DNA of 64,000 bases from positions 36,306 to 100,305 of the forward strand of contig CACELG010000003.1 in the NCBI GenBank assembly GCA_902560315.1, read 5' to 3'. Within the stretch, counting starts at the first letter, position 1, and every line of letters starts with the position of its first letter. The position numbers and the translations under genes were made by a program. The notes under the pieces were generated by a model, which worked only from the letters and a program-made list of their open reading frames with translations, had not been told where the DNA came from and searched no databases. The stretch is from an uncultured SAR86 cluster bacterium. GTDB lineage: Bacteria; Pseudomonadota; Gammaproteobacteria; Magnimaribacterales; D2472. This document shows positions 40,347 through 50,032 of this stretch, one piece after another.

Positions 40347-41376
40347 TTAAATACTTCTCTGCATAAAAATTAAAACATTCGCCTCGTTCTATAAAATCAT
40401 TAAAATCATTACCACTTGGATAGCCTGGAGAAAATAATAAATTATGTTTTATATTGTTGCTCTTAAGAAAATTAAACAAATCTTCAATAGATTTAAATAT
40501 TTGTTTATTAGCATTTTTAATACATTTATTTATTTCATTTGAGTGATTACCAAAAATGAAAATTGTTTCTGGTCCATCAAGATAAATCTCTCTATATTGT
40601 TCTTTTCTAGGGTCTCCACAAATAATTAAGATATATTCAGAATTGAATAATCTTTTGGCTTCTTTCAATGCATAAGAAAGCGAATGGAAGTTTGTAGATT
40701 TTGAATCATTAATAATATTATTAGATATCATTTGAAATCTAAAAGGAAGGTTTTTAAATTCAATTTTTTTAGCCTTCATTTTTGTAATCCATTCAAATAA
40801 CTTATATGGATTCATTTCATATGAAATGCTATCTTTTGATAACAAAATTTTTTCTTTTGATAATTTATATAACTCAAAATCTCCATGGTAATCTAAATGG
40901 TCTGCTTCAATGTTTAACAAAATACCAAAGTCTAATTTGTTAGATCTCATTTTATCTAGTTGAAAGCTGGATAATTCAATAATTGAATATTTTTTATTGT
41001 TATTGATGGAATCAAGAACTGGATTACCAATATTTCCTAGCAAATTAGAAGAGCTGTAAGTATTAAATAGTTGATGTAAATGATATGCGGTTGTACTCTT
41101 CCTATTTGTACCAGTGATACCTATTTTGATCGAGGTGTCATCTTTAAAAAATATATCAAGATCTGTTAAAACATTATTATTTTCTTTTTTAATCTCTTCA
41201 AACTTTTTTTTTGGAATGCCAGGACTGCATAAAATTTGGTCAAAAATTTTTAAATCATATTTTTTATTAAATTTTGAAATATTTGCATCATAAATATCAA
41301 ACTTTAATTTTTTATTATTTAAATATCTTTCAAAAGATTTACCGGTTTTACCATAACCATAGATTAAAGATTTCAT
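40333..41376 (-). CDS. murD: UDP-MurNAc-L-Ala-D-Glu ligase (shortened)
   Basis: SPG, ITGTNRKST, GNIG, ELSSFQL, DHLDYH, NDSKSTN, FSPG...F.ERG..F. Confidence 0.92.
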   Translation of the reverse strand: MKSLIYGYGKTGKSFERYLNNKKLKFDIYDANISKFNKKYDLKIFDQILCSPGIPKKKFEEIKKENNNVLTDLDIFFKDDTSIKIGITGTNRKSTTAYHLHQLFNTYSSSNLLGNIGNPVLDSINNNKKYSIIELSSFQLDKMRSNKLDFGILLNIEADHLDYHGDFELYKLSKEKILLSKDSISYEMNPYKLFEWITKMKAKKIEFKNLPFRFQMISNNIINDSKSTNFHSLSYALKEAKRLFNSEYILIICGDPRKEQYREIYLDGPETIFIFGNHSNEINKCIKNANKQIFKSIEDLFNFLKSNNIKHNLLFSPGYPSGNDFNDFIERGECFNFYAEKYLNAGH

Positions 41377-41382
41377 AAGGAT

Positions 41383-42468
41383 TTATCTTAATTTAAGAGT
41401 AGCTAACGCAACTAAAATTAAAACTAGGGTTATTATCCAAAAACGAACAATTATCTTAGGTTCTGCCATACCTTTTAGTTCATAATGATGATGAATAGGT
41501 GCCATTAAGAAAACTCTTTTACCCCTAGTTTTAAAAGAAATAACTTGAATAGCCACACTTAAAGTCTCCATTACAAAAACACCAGCCATAATCGCAAAAA
41601 CTAATTCATGTCTTAAAAGAATAGCTATTATTCCAAGAATTGCGCCAAGGGTTAATGACCCTATATCACCCATAAATAGTTGAGCAGGATAAGTGTTGTA
41701 CCATAAAAATCCGATTCCAGAACCTATTAAAGCACCGCAAAAAACTATTAACTCACCAGATAAAGGAAGATGTGGTAAATATAAATAATCTGCGATTAGC
41801 TCATTCCCCATTGCATATGCTATCAAGCCTAATGCTCCTCCAATCAAAACTGATGGTAAAATAGCTAAACCATCAAGTCCATCTGTTAAATTTACTGCAT
41901 TTGATGAACCAATGAGCACAAACATACCTGTAAAAATAAAAATGAATGGTGACATTGGTATTATTAAATCTTTAAAAAATGGAACAATAAAAGAGACTTC
42001 AGGAAGAATTTCTGCCGAATAATATAGATAAAGCATAGATATTAATGCGATAACAGATTGAAAGATAATTTTTTGTTTTGAAGAAAGCCCTTCAGAGCTT
42101 TTGTTTTTAATCTTAAGATAATCATCAAAAAAACCTATTAGTGCGAAGCTAACTGTTACGCCTAAAACTACCCATATATACCTATTTCCTAAATCTGCCC
42201 AAAGAAGTGTAGAAATGACTAAAGAAGATAAGATCAACAAACCTCCCATTGTTGGAGTTCCAGTTTTTTTAAAATGTGACTTCGGTCCGTCTTCTCTAAC
42301 GTATTGTTCATACTGCATAGATTTTAAGAAATTTATTATTAATGGTCCTAACAAGATTGAAATTATTAATGAAGTAATAGTTCCACCAATTGTTCTTACT
42401 GTTAAGTATCTCAACACATCAAAGCCGGGATCTACCGATACAAGAACTGACCCTAAATACTCAAACAT
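41383..42468 (-). CDS. mraY: Phospho-MurNAc-pentapeptide transferase
   Basis: GTPTMGG, NAVNLTDGLDGLA, FMGD.GS, MAPIHHHYE. Confidence 0.98.
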   Translation of the reverse strand: MFEYLGSVLVSVDPGFDVLRYLTVRTIGGTITSLIISILLGPLIINFLKSMQYEQYVREDGPKSHFKKTGTPTMGGLLILSSLVISTLLWADLGNRYIWVVLGVTVSFALIGFFDDYLKIKNKSSEGLSSKQKIIFQSVIALISMLYLYYSAEILPEVSFIVPFFKDLIIPMSPFIFIFTGMFVLIGSSNAVNLTDGLDGLAILPSVLIGGALGLIAYAMGNELIADYLYLPHLPLSGELIVFCGALIGSGIGFLWYNTYPAQLFMGDIGSLTLGAILGIIAILLRHELVFAIMAGVFVMETLSVAIQVISFKTRGKRVFLMAPIHHHYELKGMAEPKIIVRFWIITLVLILVALATLKLR

Positions 42469-43804
42469 TTATAAATCTCTCCATTCTCATTCCTCTTGAA
42501 CCCTTTATTAAGATAACATCTTTTGAAGTGATATTTTTTTTTAAATAATTTTTTAGATCATCTTCATTTTCAAAATGAAAGCCGTAATCACCAAAACTCT
42601 CGATTGTATGCCTTGTAAGATCTCCATATCCTAATAAAACATCTATGCCTTTTGCGTTTGCATATTCGCCAACTTCTCTATGAAGCTTTTTTTTATATTT
42701 ACCTAGCTCTAGCATGTCACCTAGTATTAAAGTTGTTCGTTTCTTATAATTACCTAACAAATCAATCGACTTTTTTGTTGAATCCGGGTTCGCATTATAA
42801 GTATCATCAATTAGAGTTGACCCTCTATACCATTTTGATTTAATTTGCCTTATTGTTTGGAAATCATTTGAATTAATTGATTTTATAAAGTCATCAAGCT
42901 TATTATTTAGGCAAAAATTAGTTATACAACCAACCAGTAAATTCTTAATGTTATGCGTTCCCTCAAGATTAGTCTTAATTAAGATTGGTTTATCTAAAAA
43001 TTTAGAAGCAATGTAAAAATCAGTACCATTTTTTTTAGTTTTTATATTTGTTGCATGAAAGTCTGCTTCTTTATTTATTCCAAATGTCAGTATTCTTATA
43101 TCAGTTCTAATCTTTTTCCAATAATTTAAGTATTGTTTTTTTTCATTTGGTACTATAAGAAAACCATTACTTCTAATATTTTTAATAATTTCAGATTTTA
43201 CTTTCAAGACACCTTTTATATTTTGTAGCTTTTCAAGATGAGAGTTTCCAATATTAGTGATAATTCCAATGTGAGGATTTAAAATCTTGCTTAAGTAATC
43301 TATATCTTTAAACTTTGATGCTCCTATTTCTAAAACTAATTGTTTTGATTTAAAAGAAGCGTTAATTAGACTTAATGGCATTCCAATTTCATTATTAAAG
43401 TTTTCTATGGTGCTCGACGATTCTTTTAAAGTGCTGGCGATAATATTTGTTGTTGTTGTTTTGCCGTTGCTTCCAGTAACTGCGATAACCGTTCCATTAA
43501 ATTCTTTAATAATGTTTCTAGATATTTTTCCTAGAGCAAGAATAGTATTTTTAACATATATAATTTTCTTATTTTTTGAATTTAAAAATCTTTTATCGTC
43601 CGTAAGAGCAATTACAGCACCTTTTTTAAGAGCTTCTTCAACATAATCATTACCATTAAAGTTATTCCCCTTTAATGCAATAAACATTGATTTTTTAACA
43701 ATAGATCTAGTATCTGTGGAAATACTTTTTATCAAATTATGTTCTTTAATTTTTATACAAAGATATTTTTCTAAATCATGTGTACTATCTATAAATTTCA
43801 TCAA
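42461..43804 (-). CDS. murF: UDP-MurNAc-tripeptide D-Ala-D-Ala ligase
   Basis: TDTR, TGSNGKTTT, NNEIG.P, DDTYNANP, GDMLELG, KGSRG. Confidence 0.97.
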   Translation of the reverse strand: MMKFIDSTHDLEKYLCIKIKEHNLIKSISTDTRSIVKKSMFIALKGNNFNGNDYVEEALKKGAVIALTDDKRFLNSKNKKIIYVKNTILALGKISRNIIKEFNGTVIAVTGSNGKTTTTNIIASTLKESSSTIENFNNEIGMPLSLINASFKSKQLVLEIGASKFKDIDYLSKILNPHIGIITNIGNSHLEKLQNIKGVLKVKSEIIKNIRSNGFLIVPNEKKQYLNYWKKIRTDIRILTFGINKEADFHATNIKTKKNGTDFYIASKFLDKPILIKTNLEGTHNIKNLLVGCITNFCLNNKLDDFIKSINSNDFQTIRQIKSKWYRGSTLIDDTYNANPDSTKKSIDLLGNYKKRTTLILGDMLELGKYKKKLHREVGEYANAKGIDVLLGYGDLTRHTIESFGDYGFHFENEDDLKNYLKKNITSKDVILIKGSRGMRMERFINV

Positions 43805-45233
43805 CTACCTCATGATCGCTAAAGTGGGATACCTTTCCTAATATTTCTTGAGTATTTTCATGCCCCTTTCCTAAAATAACCATACAATCATTTTTACCAA
43901 TTATTTTACTTCCATAAATGATAGCTTCTTTTCTATCTTCTATAGCAATAACATTATCTAATTTATTGCCTGATTTTGAATCTTCAAAAATATCTTCAAA
44001 AGTCTCATTTCTTGAATTATCAGATGTAAAAATTACTTTTGTTGAATTCTTTAATGCTTCTCTCAACATTTTTGGTCGCTTTATTTTGTCCCTATCTCCC
44101 CCACACCCAAATACCACAACTAGATTATCAAAATACTTTTTTATTGAACTTAAAATAGTTTCAAAAGCATGTTCATTATGCGCATAGTCTATAAGGATAT
44201 TTGCTGGAATATTTCTGACTAACTCTGCTCTACCTTTTGGCAGTCTTAAAAAAGAAAGATCATTTATTGAGTCTTCAAAAAAATTATCAAACCCAATAGA
44301 CGTGATGGCAAAAACGAGATTAGAGATATTAAATTCTGGAAAAATCTGGCAGGTAAATTTATATTTTTTCTTTAGTTCTTGCTCCTGTCCCTGTGGGGGT
44401 TTGTTAATTAAAATATTAAATTCGCATCTAGTTAATGAAATTTTTTTTATTTCATAAAAAATATCAGAAAAATTATTTTTATTGCTTATGCATCTGAGGT
44501 CATAATTATGATTTTTAAGTTTGTTGGAATCATCATTAATTAATTTTATAGAGGAGTTTATTTTAAAAATATCAAATTTTGTATCTATATATGAAGGTAT
44601 ATTTTCATGATAGTCTAAGTGGTCATTAGAAATATTTAGTATAGAAGCTGAATTGAACCAATAAATATTACTTAATCTTTTTTGATCAAGCGCGTGAGAA
44701 GAAATTTCTATACATATGCTTATTGAATCTAGGCCAAAATTAAAAGAATCTATAATTTCAAATAATTCAAATATATCTGGTGTGGTTTTTGATGAAAATG
44801 AAGTATTAAATTTATTATTTTTATATTGAATACCCATAGTACCTACATATAAAGAATCATATTCCATGCTTGTAAGTAATTGATGGCAGAGGTGCGCAGC
44901 TGAGGTTTTCCCGTTTGTGCCAGTGAACGTAAAAAAATTATTATGATTGATATCGATTTCATATAAGGTATTAAGGAAATCTATAATTTTATTTTCAAGA
45001 TTTTTTATATAAAAAATTTTGCTATTTTGAGATGTGAAATTTACGTCATTGTGAACAACGATAGATGCTCCCAAATTTAGTGCCTCTTCTGCATAATTGC
45101 TTCCATGTATTTTTGATCCTTGTAAACCAAAAAAAATTGAGTCTTTCTTTATTTTTTTTGTTGAGTTTGTTGCGCTTAAAATTTTAGTGCCTTTAGGAAT
45201 GTCTATACCTAAAATATCTGCAAATTTACTCAT
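43785..45233 (-). CDS. murE: UDP-MurNAc-dipeptide meso-DAP ligase
   Basis: TGTNGKTS, TTPD, EISSHAL, DYAH, FGCGGDRD, DNSR, GKGHE. Confidence 0.96.
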   Translation of the reverse strand: MSKFADILGIDIPKGTKILSATNSTKKIKKDSIFFGLQGSKIHGSNYAEEALNLGASIVVHNDVNFTSQNSKIFYIKNLENKIIDFLNTLYEIDINHNNFFTFTGTNGKTSAAHLCHQLLTSMEYDSLYVGTMGIQYKNNKFNTSFSSKTTPDIFELFEIIDSFNFGLDSISICIEISSHALDQKRLSNIYWFNSASILNISNDHLDYHENIPSYIDTKFDIFKINSSIKLINDDSNKLKNHNYDLRCISNKNNFSDIFYEIKKISLTRCEFNILINKPPQGQEQELKKKYKFTCQIFPEFNISNLVFAITSIGFDNFFEDSINDLSFLRLPKGRAELVRNIPANILIDYAHNEHAFETILSSIKKYFDNLVVVFGCGGDRDKIKRPKMLREALKNSTKVIFTSDNSRNETFEDIFEDSKSGNKLDNVIAIEDRKEAIIYGSKIIGKNDCMVILGKGHENTQEILGKVSHFSDHEVVDEIYR

Positions 45234-46845
45234 CCTGGAAATACCCCAAATAATTTAGCGAACTTTCAGCTATTTTTGCAAATACAGGTGCTGCTACTGT
45301 ACCACCTGAATATGAGTTAAGTCCTGGTTCATCAATAGAAACAAAAATTGTTAGAGATTTAGTATTAAGGGGGGCTATTCCAATGAATGCAGCTCTATAA
45401 GAATCTTCTGCATACCCTGATCCTCTTTTAATTTGATGAACAGTGCCTGTTTTCCCACCTTCTGAAAAACCATTGATATTTGCAGCTTTTCCTGTTCCAT
45501 CTTTAACTACCATCCTCAAAGCATCTAAAATATGATTTGCTGTTTCAGAAGATATTATTTGTTTTGATGTAACTTCTTGATTTTTTAGAAGTTTAAAGTC
45601 TTTTAATATACCTTCATTTGCAAATACAGAATAAGCAGACGCAATTTGAAAAGGACTTATAGTGATGCCATAACCATATCCCAAACTTGCAAGTTCTTTA
45701 TCATTTACACTTTCTTTAATATTCATATATCCAAATGCTGAGGATGGAAAATTTATTGATATTGGTTTAGTAAATCCAAAATTATAATAATTCTTTTTTA
45801 GTTCTTCATAACCTAATTCAAGCGCGATTTTTGATGCTCCAATCTGGCTAGAAAATGCAATGATTTCTTTAGGACTTAATTTTTCATAATTTTTTGAATC
45901 TACAATGACTTTGTCATTTAAATTTAATCTTCTAGGAATATTAATATCATCATTTACTTCAAGTACTTTGTTATCAAGAGCTTTTGATAAAACTATTGGC
46001 TTTAACACTGATCCTAATTCATAAGCATCAATCAGTGCCCTGTTTTTTTGAATCTCTCTTTGAGGATGATTTGGATTGTAAGATGGGTAACTTGCCATAG
46101 CTAATATCTCGCCTTTTTTATTATCAAGAACAACAACTGTTCCAGACTTAGCATTATTAGTTTTAATAGCTTCTACTAAGTGCTTATATGCAAAAAACTG
46201 AATTGATGCATCAATAGTTAGAATAATGTCACTGCCTTGAATTATCTTATCAACTTCAATTGGCATAGAAATCACTTCTTGTTTTGCATTTTTAAAATAT
46301 TTTTGTTTTCCAGGTAATCCTGCTAATACATTGTCATAACTTTTTTCTAATCCCTCTTGAGCACCATCTCTTCCATAAAAACCTACTAATGTTGAAATTT
46401 GATCGCCTAATGGATAGTGTCTGCTATGTCTCGTCTCTATTTCAGTATTTTTTAACTTTAATTTTTTAACTTGTAATATCTCCTCATTTGAAATATTTTT
46501 CTTTAATAGTGTTTTTTTATTAAATTTTTCTAAAATGGAATTGTTATCTAATTCAATAATCTCTGATAGTTTTAATAATTGAGTCTTTTTAAATCCCTTT
46601 AAAGCATAAAGATCATAATTGACAATTGAAACAGCTAAGGGAAAATTATTTCTATCAAAAATTGTACCTCTCGTTGGAACAATTTTTTTAAATTTAACAT
46701 ATCTCTTAGCTCCTTCATTCTTTAGGAAGCTGCTATCTGAAACTTGTATAGAAAAGATTTTAAATATTATCGCAAACATACAAATGCATATGGTCATAGA
46801 AATTAAAACAAATCTCCAATTTAAAAAAGAAATACTATTTTTCAT
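45226..46845 (-). CDS. ftsI: Septal transpeptidase PBP3/FtsI
   Basis: RGTIFDRN, R.YP, GLE, LTID, GEILAM, SxxK (SVLK), KTG. Confidence 0.95.
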   Translation of the reverse strand: MKNSISFLNWRFVLISMTICICMFAIIFKIFSIQVSDSSFLKNEGAKRYVKFKKIVPTRGTIFDRNNFPLAVSIVNYDLYALKGFKKTQLLKLSEIIELDNNSILEKFNKKTLLKKNISNEEILQVKKLKLKNTEIETRHSRHYPLGDQISTLVGFYGRDGAQEGLEKSYDNVLAGLPGKQKYFKNAKQEVISMPIEVDKIIQGSDIILTIDASIQFFAYKHLVEAIKTNNAKSGTVVVLDNKKGEILAMASYPSYNPNHPQREIQKNRALIDAYELGSVLKPIVLSKALDNKVLEVNDDINIPRRLNLNDKVIVDSKNYEKLSPKEIIAFSSQIGASKIALELGYEELKKNYYNFGFTKPISINFPSSAFGYMNIKESVNDKELASLGYGYGITISPFQIASAYSVFANEGILKDFKLLKNQEVTSKQIISSETANHILDALRMVVKDGTGKAANINGFSEGGKTGTVHQIKRGSGYAEDSYRAAFIGIAPLNTKSLTIFVSIDEPGLNSYSGGTVAAPVFAKIAESSLNYLGYFQDE

Positions 46846-47107
46846 TACTTATCTCTTTTGGTCTTTTCTTTTTCATCCCCAATGATTCTTTTGCTATTTT
46901 TTCAATATTTGCTGGAGAATTTTCTACATTAAACTGTGTAATTAACTTTAAGTTTAAATCTTTTAAATTTTCAAATTCAATTCTTAAAGTTTCATTGTTG
47001 TTATAAAGAGTACTTATTTCCCAAGATAATTTAATCTTCTCAAAAGCTAAAATAGAAATAATAGTTAGAGCTATTAAAGAATTTAATACTTTTCTTTTTT
47101 TAATCAT
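46835..47107 (-). CDS. ftsL: Cell division protein FtsL
   Basis: TM helix plus leucine zipper, IEKIAKESLGM..P; lies between rsmH and ftsI. Confidence 0.85.
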   Translation of the reverse strand: MIKKRKVLNSLIALTIISILAFEKIKLSWEISTLYNNNETLRIEFENLKDLNLKLITQFNVENSPANIEKIAKESLGMKKKRPKEISNEK

Positions 47108-47997
47108 ATCTTTTGAAATACTCTCATAATTGCACTTCTCGAACGTTTGTTTTTATTAATTTCTTCATCAGATGCTCTAATCTTTTTTGCTATGCAGTTA
47201 AAAATTTTATTTTCTTGATTGTTTATAGGAATGTCTTTAGGAAAAAGCTTCTTATTTGGTCTAAAAAAATTTTTAATTATATTATCTTCAAGCGAATGAA
47301 AAGCTATCGTAACGATTAGACCATCTTTCTTTATTATTCTTTTTGCAATCTCTAGAGAATCTTTAAATTCATTTAATTCATTATTAATAAAAATTCTAAA
47401 AGCTTGAAAGGTTTTTGTAGCAGGATGAACCTTTTTATATTTTTCTGGATAAACTTCTTTAATAATATTTGATAGTTCAATAGTCCTTAAAATTGGTTTC
47501 TTTTTTCTAGCTTTATCTATCGCATTTACAATTAATTTTGCATGTTTTTCCTCTCCATACTTATATATAATTTTCATAATATCTTTGCTATCTGCATTCT
47601 GAAGCCATTCAGAAAAAGGTATACCTTCATCATTGTTAAAACGCATATCAAGAGGGCCATCTTTATTGAAACTAAATCCCCTTTCTGCATTATCAAAATG
47701 AGTTGAACATGTTCCAAGGTCATACAGAATTCCATCCACACTTTCATCAACAAAATATTTATCAAGATTTCTAAATGAATCATGATAAATATTGAAGTTT
47801 TCTTTATTAATATTTAAACCAAATCTAAATGCGTCGGGATCTTTATCAAAGCTAGATAAAATACCTTTATTGGATAGCTTACTTAAGATTAATTTAGAAT
47901 GTCCGCCTCTCCCAAAAGTACAATCTACATAATGTCCGTTGATATCATTAATTAAAAAATCTACGGATTCTTCCAGCATAACTGGAAAATGAAGCAT
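47104..47997 (-). CDS. rsmH: 16S rRNA m4C1402 methyltransferase RsmH (MraW)
   Basis: H.PVML.E, DCTFGRGGHS, GPLDMR, HPATKTFQA.RI, FHSLED, RSRSA. Confidence 0.97.
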   Translation of the reverse strand: MLHFPVMLEESVDFLINDINGHYVDCTFGRGGHSKLILSKLSNKGILSSFDKDPDAFRFGLNINKENFNIYHDSFRNLDKYFVDESVDGILYDLGTCSTHFDNAERGFSFNKDGPLDMRFNNDEGIPFSEWLQNADSKDIMKIIYKYGEEKHAKLIVNAIDKARKKKPILRTIELSNIIKEVYPEKYKKVHPATKTFQAFRIFINNELNEFKDSLEIAKRIIKKDGLIVTIAFHSLEDNIIKNFFRPNKKLFPKDIPINNQENKIFNCIAKKIRASDEEINKNKRSRSAIMRVFQKI

Positions 47998-47998
47998 T

Positions 47999-49111
47999 TT
48001 AGTCTACTTGTTTTCTCATAAAAGTCGGCACATCAAGGAAATCAATTTCCTCTGCAGACGACGTGCCAACTTTCTGATTTGTTTTATCTTTATCTAAACC
48101 AACAGGATTTAATTTCATTGATGGTTCGTTATCAATCACTAAAGAAGGTGCTCTCTGATCAACTCCGGTTGCAACAATTGTTACTTTAATTTCATCCTTA
48201 TAGTTTTTATCAAAAACAAGACCGTAAATAATATTTGCATCTTCACTTACAATCTCATCGATTATATCTGCTACTTCAGCTTGATCTCTAAGAGTGGGCT
48301 CTTTACCTGTAATATTTACCAAAACGCCTCTAGCATTTTTAAGATTAATATCATCTAACAATTCACTTTTTACAGCCATTGTTGCAGCAGCTTCAGCTCT
48401 ATTCTTGCCACTTGCTATACCAGTACCCATCATAGCAATACCCTTTTCCGACATAACAGCTTTTACATCAGCAAAGTCAACATTTACGTGTCCTTTTTGC
48501 ATAATAATATCTGAAATACCCTGAACAGCTCCTTTTAGAACATCATCAGATTTTGCAAAAGCATCTTGCATAGATGTATCTAATCCTAATATTTCAAATA
48601 GTTTTTCATTTGGGATAGTTACAAGGCTATCTACCTCTTCAACTAATGATGCAAGTCCTTTTTCTGCAGCACCCATTCTCTTTTTTCCTTCAAATTTAAA
48701 GGGTTTTGTTACTACTGCAACAGTCAATGCTCCTAGTTCTTTCGCGATTGATGCAATTACAGGCGCAGCTCCGGTACCTGTACCTCCTCCCATTCCAGCT
48801 GTAATAAAAATCATATCTGCACCGGATAATAGTTCTTCAATTGCCATTCTGTCACTTTCAGCAGCTCTCCTACCAATATCTGGATCTGCTCCAGCACCTA
48901 ATCCTTTAGTCAAGCCGTTACCAAGTTTAAGTGTAGTCGCACTTTTTACGGATTCTAGAGCTTGAGTATCAGTATTTGCACAAATAAAATCTACGCCCTT
49001 GATATCGTGATTAATCATATGAAGTATGGCATTTCCTCCGCCGCCACCGACTCCAACAACTTTTATTTTTGCATTTTCTTGTTTTGTTTCAACTACCTCA
49101 AATTTCATCAT
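47999..49111 (-). CDS. ftsZ: Cell division protein FtsZ
   Basis: GVGGGGGNA, tubulin motif GGGTGTG, NVDFADV, C-terminal LDVPTFMRKQVD. Confidence 0.99.
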   Translation of the reverse strand: MMKFEVVETKQENAKIKVVGVGGGGGNAILHMINHDIKGVDFICANTDTQALESVKSATTLKLGNGLTKGLGAGADPDIGRRAAESDRMAIEELLSGADMIFITAGMGGGTGTGAAPVIASIAKELGALTVAVVTKPFKFEGKKRMGAAEKGLASLVEEVDSLVTIPNEKLFEILGLDTSMQDAFAKSDDVLKGAVQGISDIIMQKGHVNVDFADVKAVMSEKGIAMMGTGIASGKNRAEAAATMAVKSELLDDINLKNARGVLVNITGKEPTLRDQAEVADIIDEIVSEDANIIYGLVFDKNYKDEIKVTIVATGVDQRAPSLVIDNEPSMKLNPVGLDKDKTNQKVGTSSAEEIDFLDVPTFMRKQVD

Positions 49112-49119
49112 ACTCCCCT

Positions 49120-49587
49120 TTAAAATGACATTTCTTTAATACTTTCAGGCAGTACAACATCTAAAATCTCTGTTGAAAGAGATCCTCCTGTTTGTCGCAT
49201 TTCCCAATTTTTAATGTTCCAAATTTCAAATTTGTTTCCCATGCCAACTAAAGCAACTTGTTTCTGCTCGTTGATTTCAGCATAATTTTGCAGGTCTGAT
49301 GGGATTCTTAATAACATCCTACCTTCAATATCAATCTCTGTTTGATACGCATTACCTAGTATTGTCCATTGCAAATTTCTAACGATAGGATCTAAACCCT
49401 GAAGCGATTGCAGTTTCGTTGAAATCCTTTGCCATTCTGAATAATGATAAAGTTTTAAAGATGGATATTGTGGATCTTTTGTTATAACGATTTCGTTATG
49501 ATTTTGTGTTTTAAAGTCAATTCTATATCTTGCAGGAATAGCTATTCTGCCCTTGCTATCAATAGATGGTGTATTAAATCCAAACAT
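49120..49587 (-). CDS. mraZ: Transcriptional repressor MraZ
   Basis: MFG...IDSKGRIAIPARYR, second repeat DIEGR, VGMGNKFEIW. Start moved to ATG 49587. Confidence 0.93.
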   Translation of the reverse strand: MFGFNTPSIDSKGRIAIPARYRIDFKTQNHNEIVITKDPQYPSLKLYHYSEWQRISTKLQSLQGLDPIVRNLQWTILGNAYQTEIDIEGRMLLRIPSDLQNYAEINEQKQVALVGMGNKFEIWNIKNWEMRQTGGSLSTEILDVVLPESIKEMSF

Positions 49588-49593
49588 CCTCAA

Positions 49594-49653
49594 AATATAA
49601 AGGCTTTTTACACACTTTGCAACACTTTTACACACTTTTTCACACATATGTGT
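49594..49653 (-). promoter_or_regulatory. dcw promoter overlapped by four 10-bp-phased putative MraZ boxes
   Basis: Minus strand GTGTG-N5-GTGTG-N5-GTGTT-N5-GTGTG (plus-strand starts 49641, 49631, 49621, 49611). Promoter is TTGCAA (49622-49617), 17 nt, TATATT (49599-49594). Confidence 0.8.
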
Positions 49654-49682
49654 AAGTTAAAAATATCTACAAAGATAAAGTT

Positions 49683-50011
49683 GAGTTGGTTTGTAAGCCG
49701 GATTCTGTAAATGATGATCATCTATCTTGATATTATGTTGCCATAATATTCTAGCAACCTACCCAAATCCAAAGCGAGCAACTTTATAGGATTTCTATTT
49801 GGTTTTGCTTCAGGCTGGGGTTTGCAATGCCTTAAATGTTACCATTTAAGCGGTAGGCTCTTACCCCACCTTTTCAACCTTACCAAAAAATTGGCGGTAT
49901 ATTTTCTGTTGCACTTTCCGTAAGCTCACACTTCCCAGGCGTTACCTGGCGCCCTGCTCTTTGAAGTCCGGACTTTCCTCTAAATTTAATTAGCGATCAT
50001 CCAACCAACTC
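49683..50011 (-). ncRNA. rnpB: RNase P RNA (type A)
   Basis: GAGGAAAGTCCGG, AGTGCAACAGA, ACAGAATCCGGCTTA; P1 helix GAGTTGGTT/AACCAACTC; lies between rsmI and mraZ; TATAAT at 50024-50019. Confidence 0.97.
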
Positions 50012-50032
50012 GAGCACTATTATAATGATTTT

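Noticed and set aside
49588-49647. N-terminal extension of MraZ (MCEKVCKSVAKCVKS), which looks like a Cys-rich motif
   Set aside because: It is a translation of the GTGTG operator repeats and promoter; MraZ homology begins at ATG 49587.
49601-49655. Short tandem repeats as a CRISPR array or iterons
   Set aside because: The units are 5 bp with a 10-bp period, with no spacers, cas genes or rep gene; position upstream of mraZ explains them.
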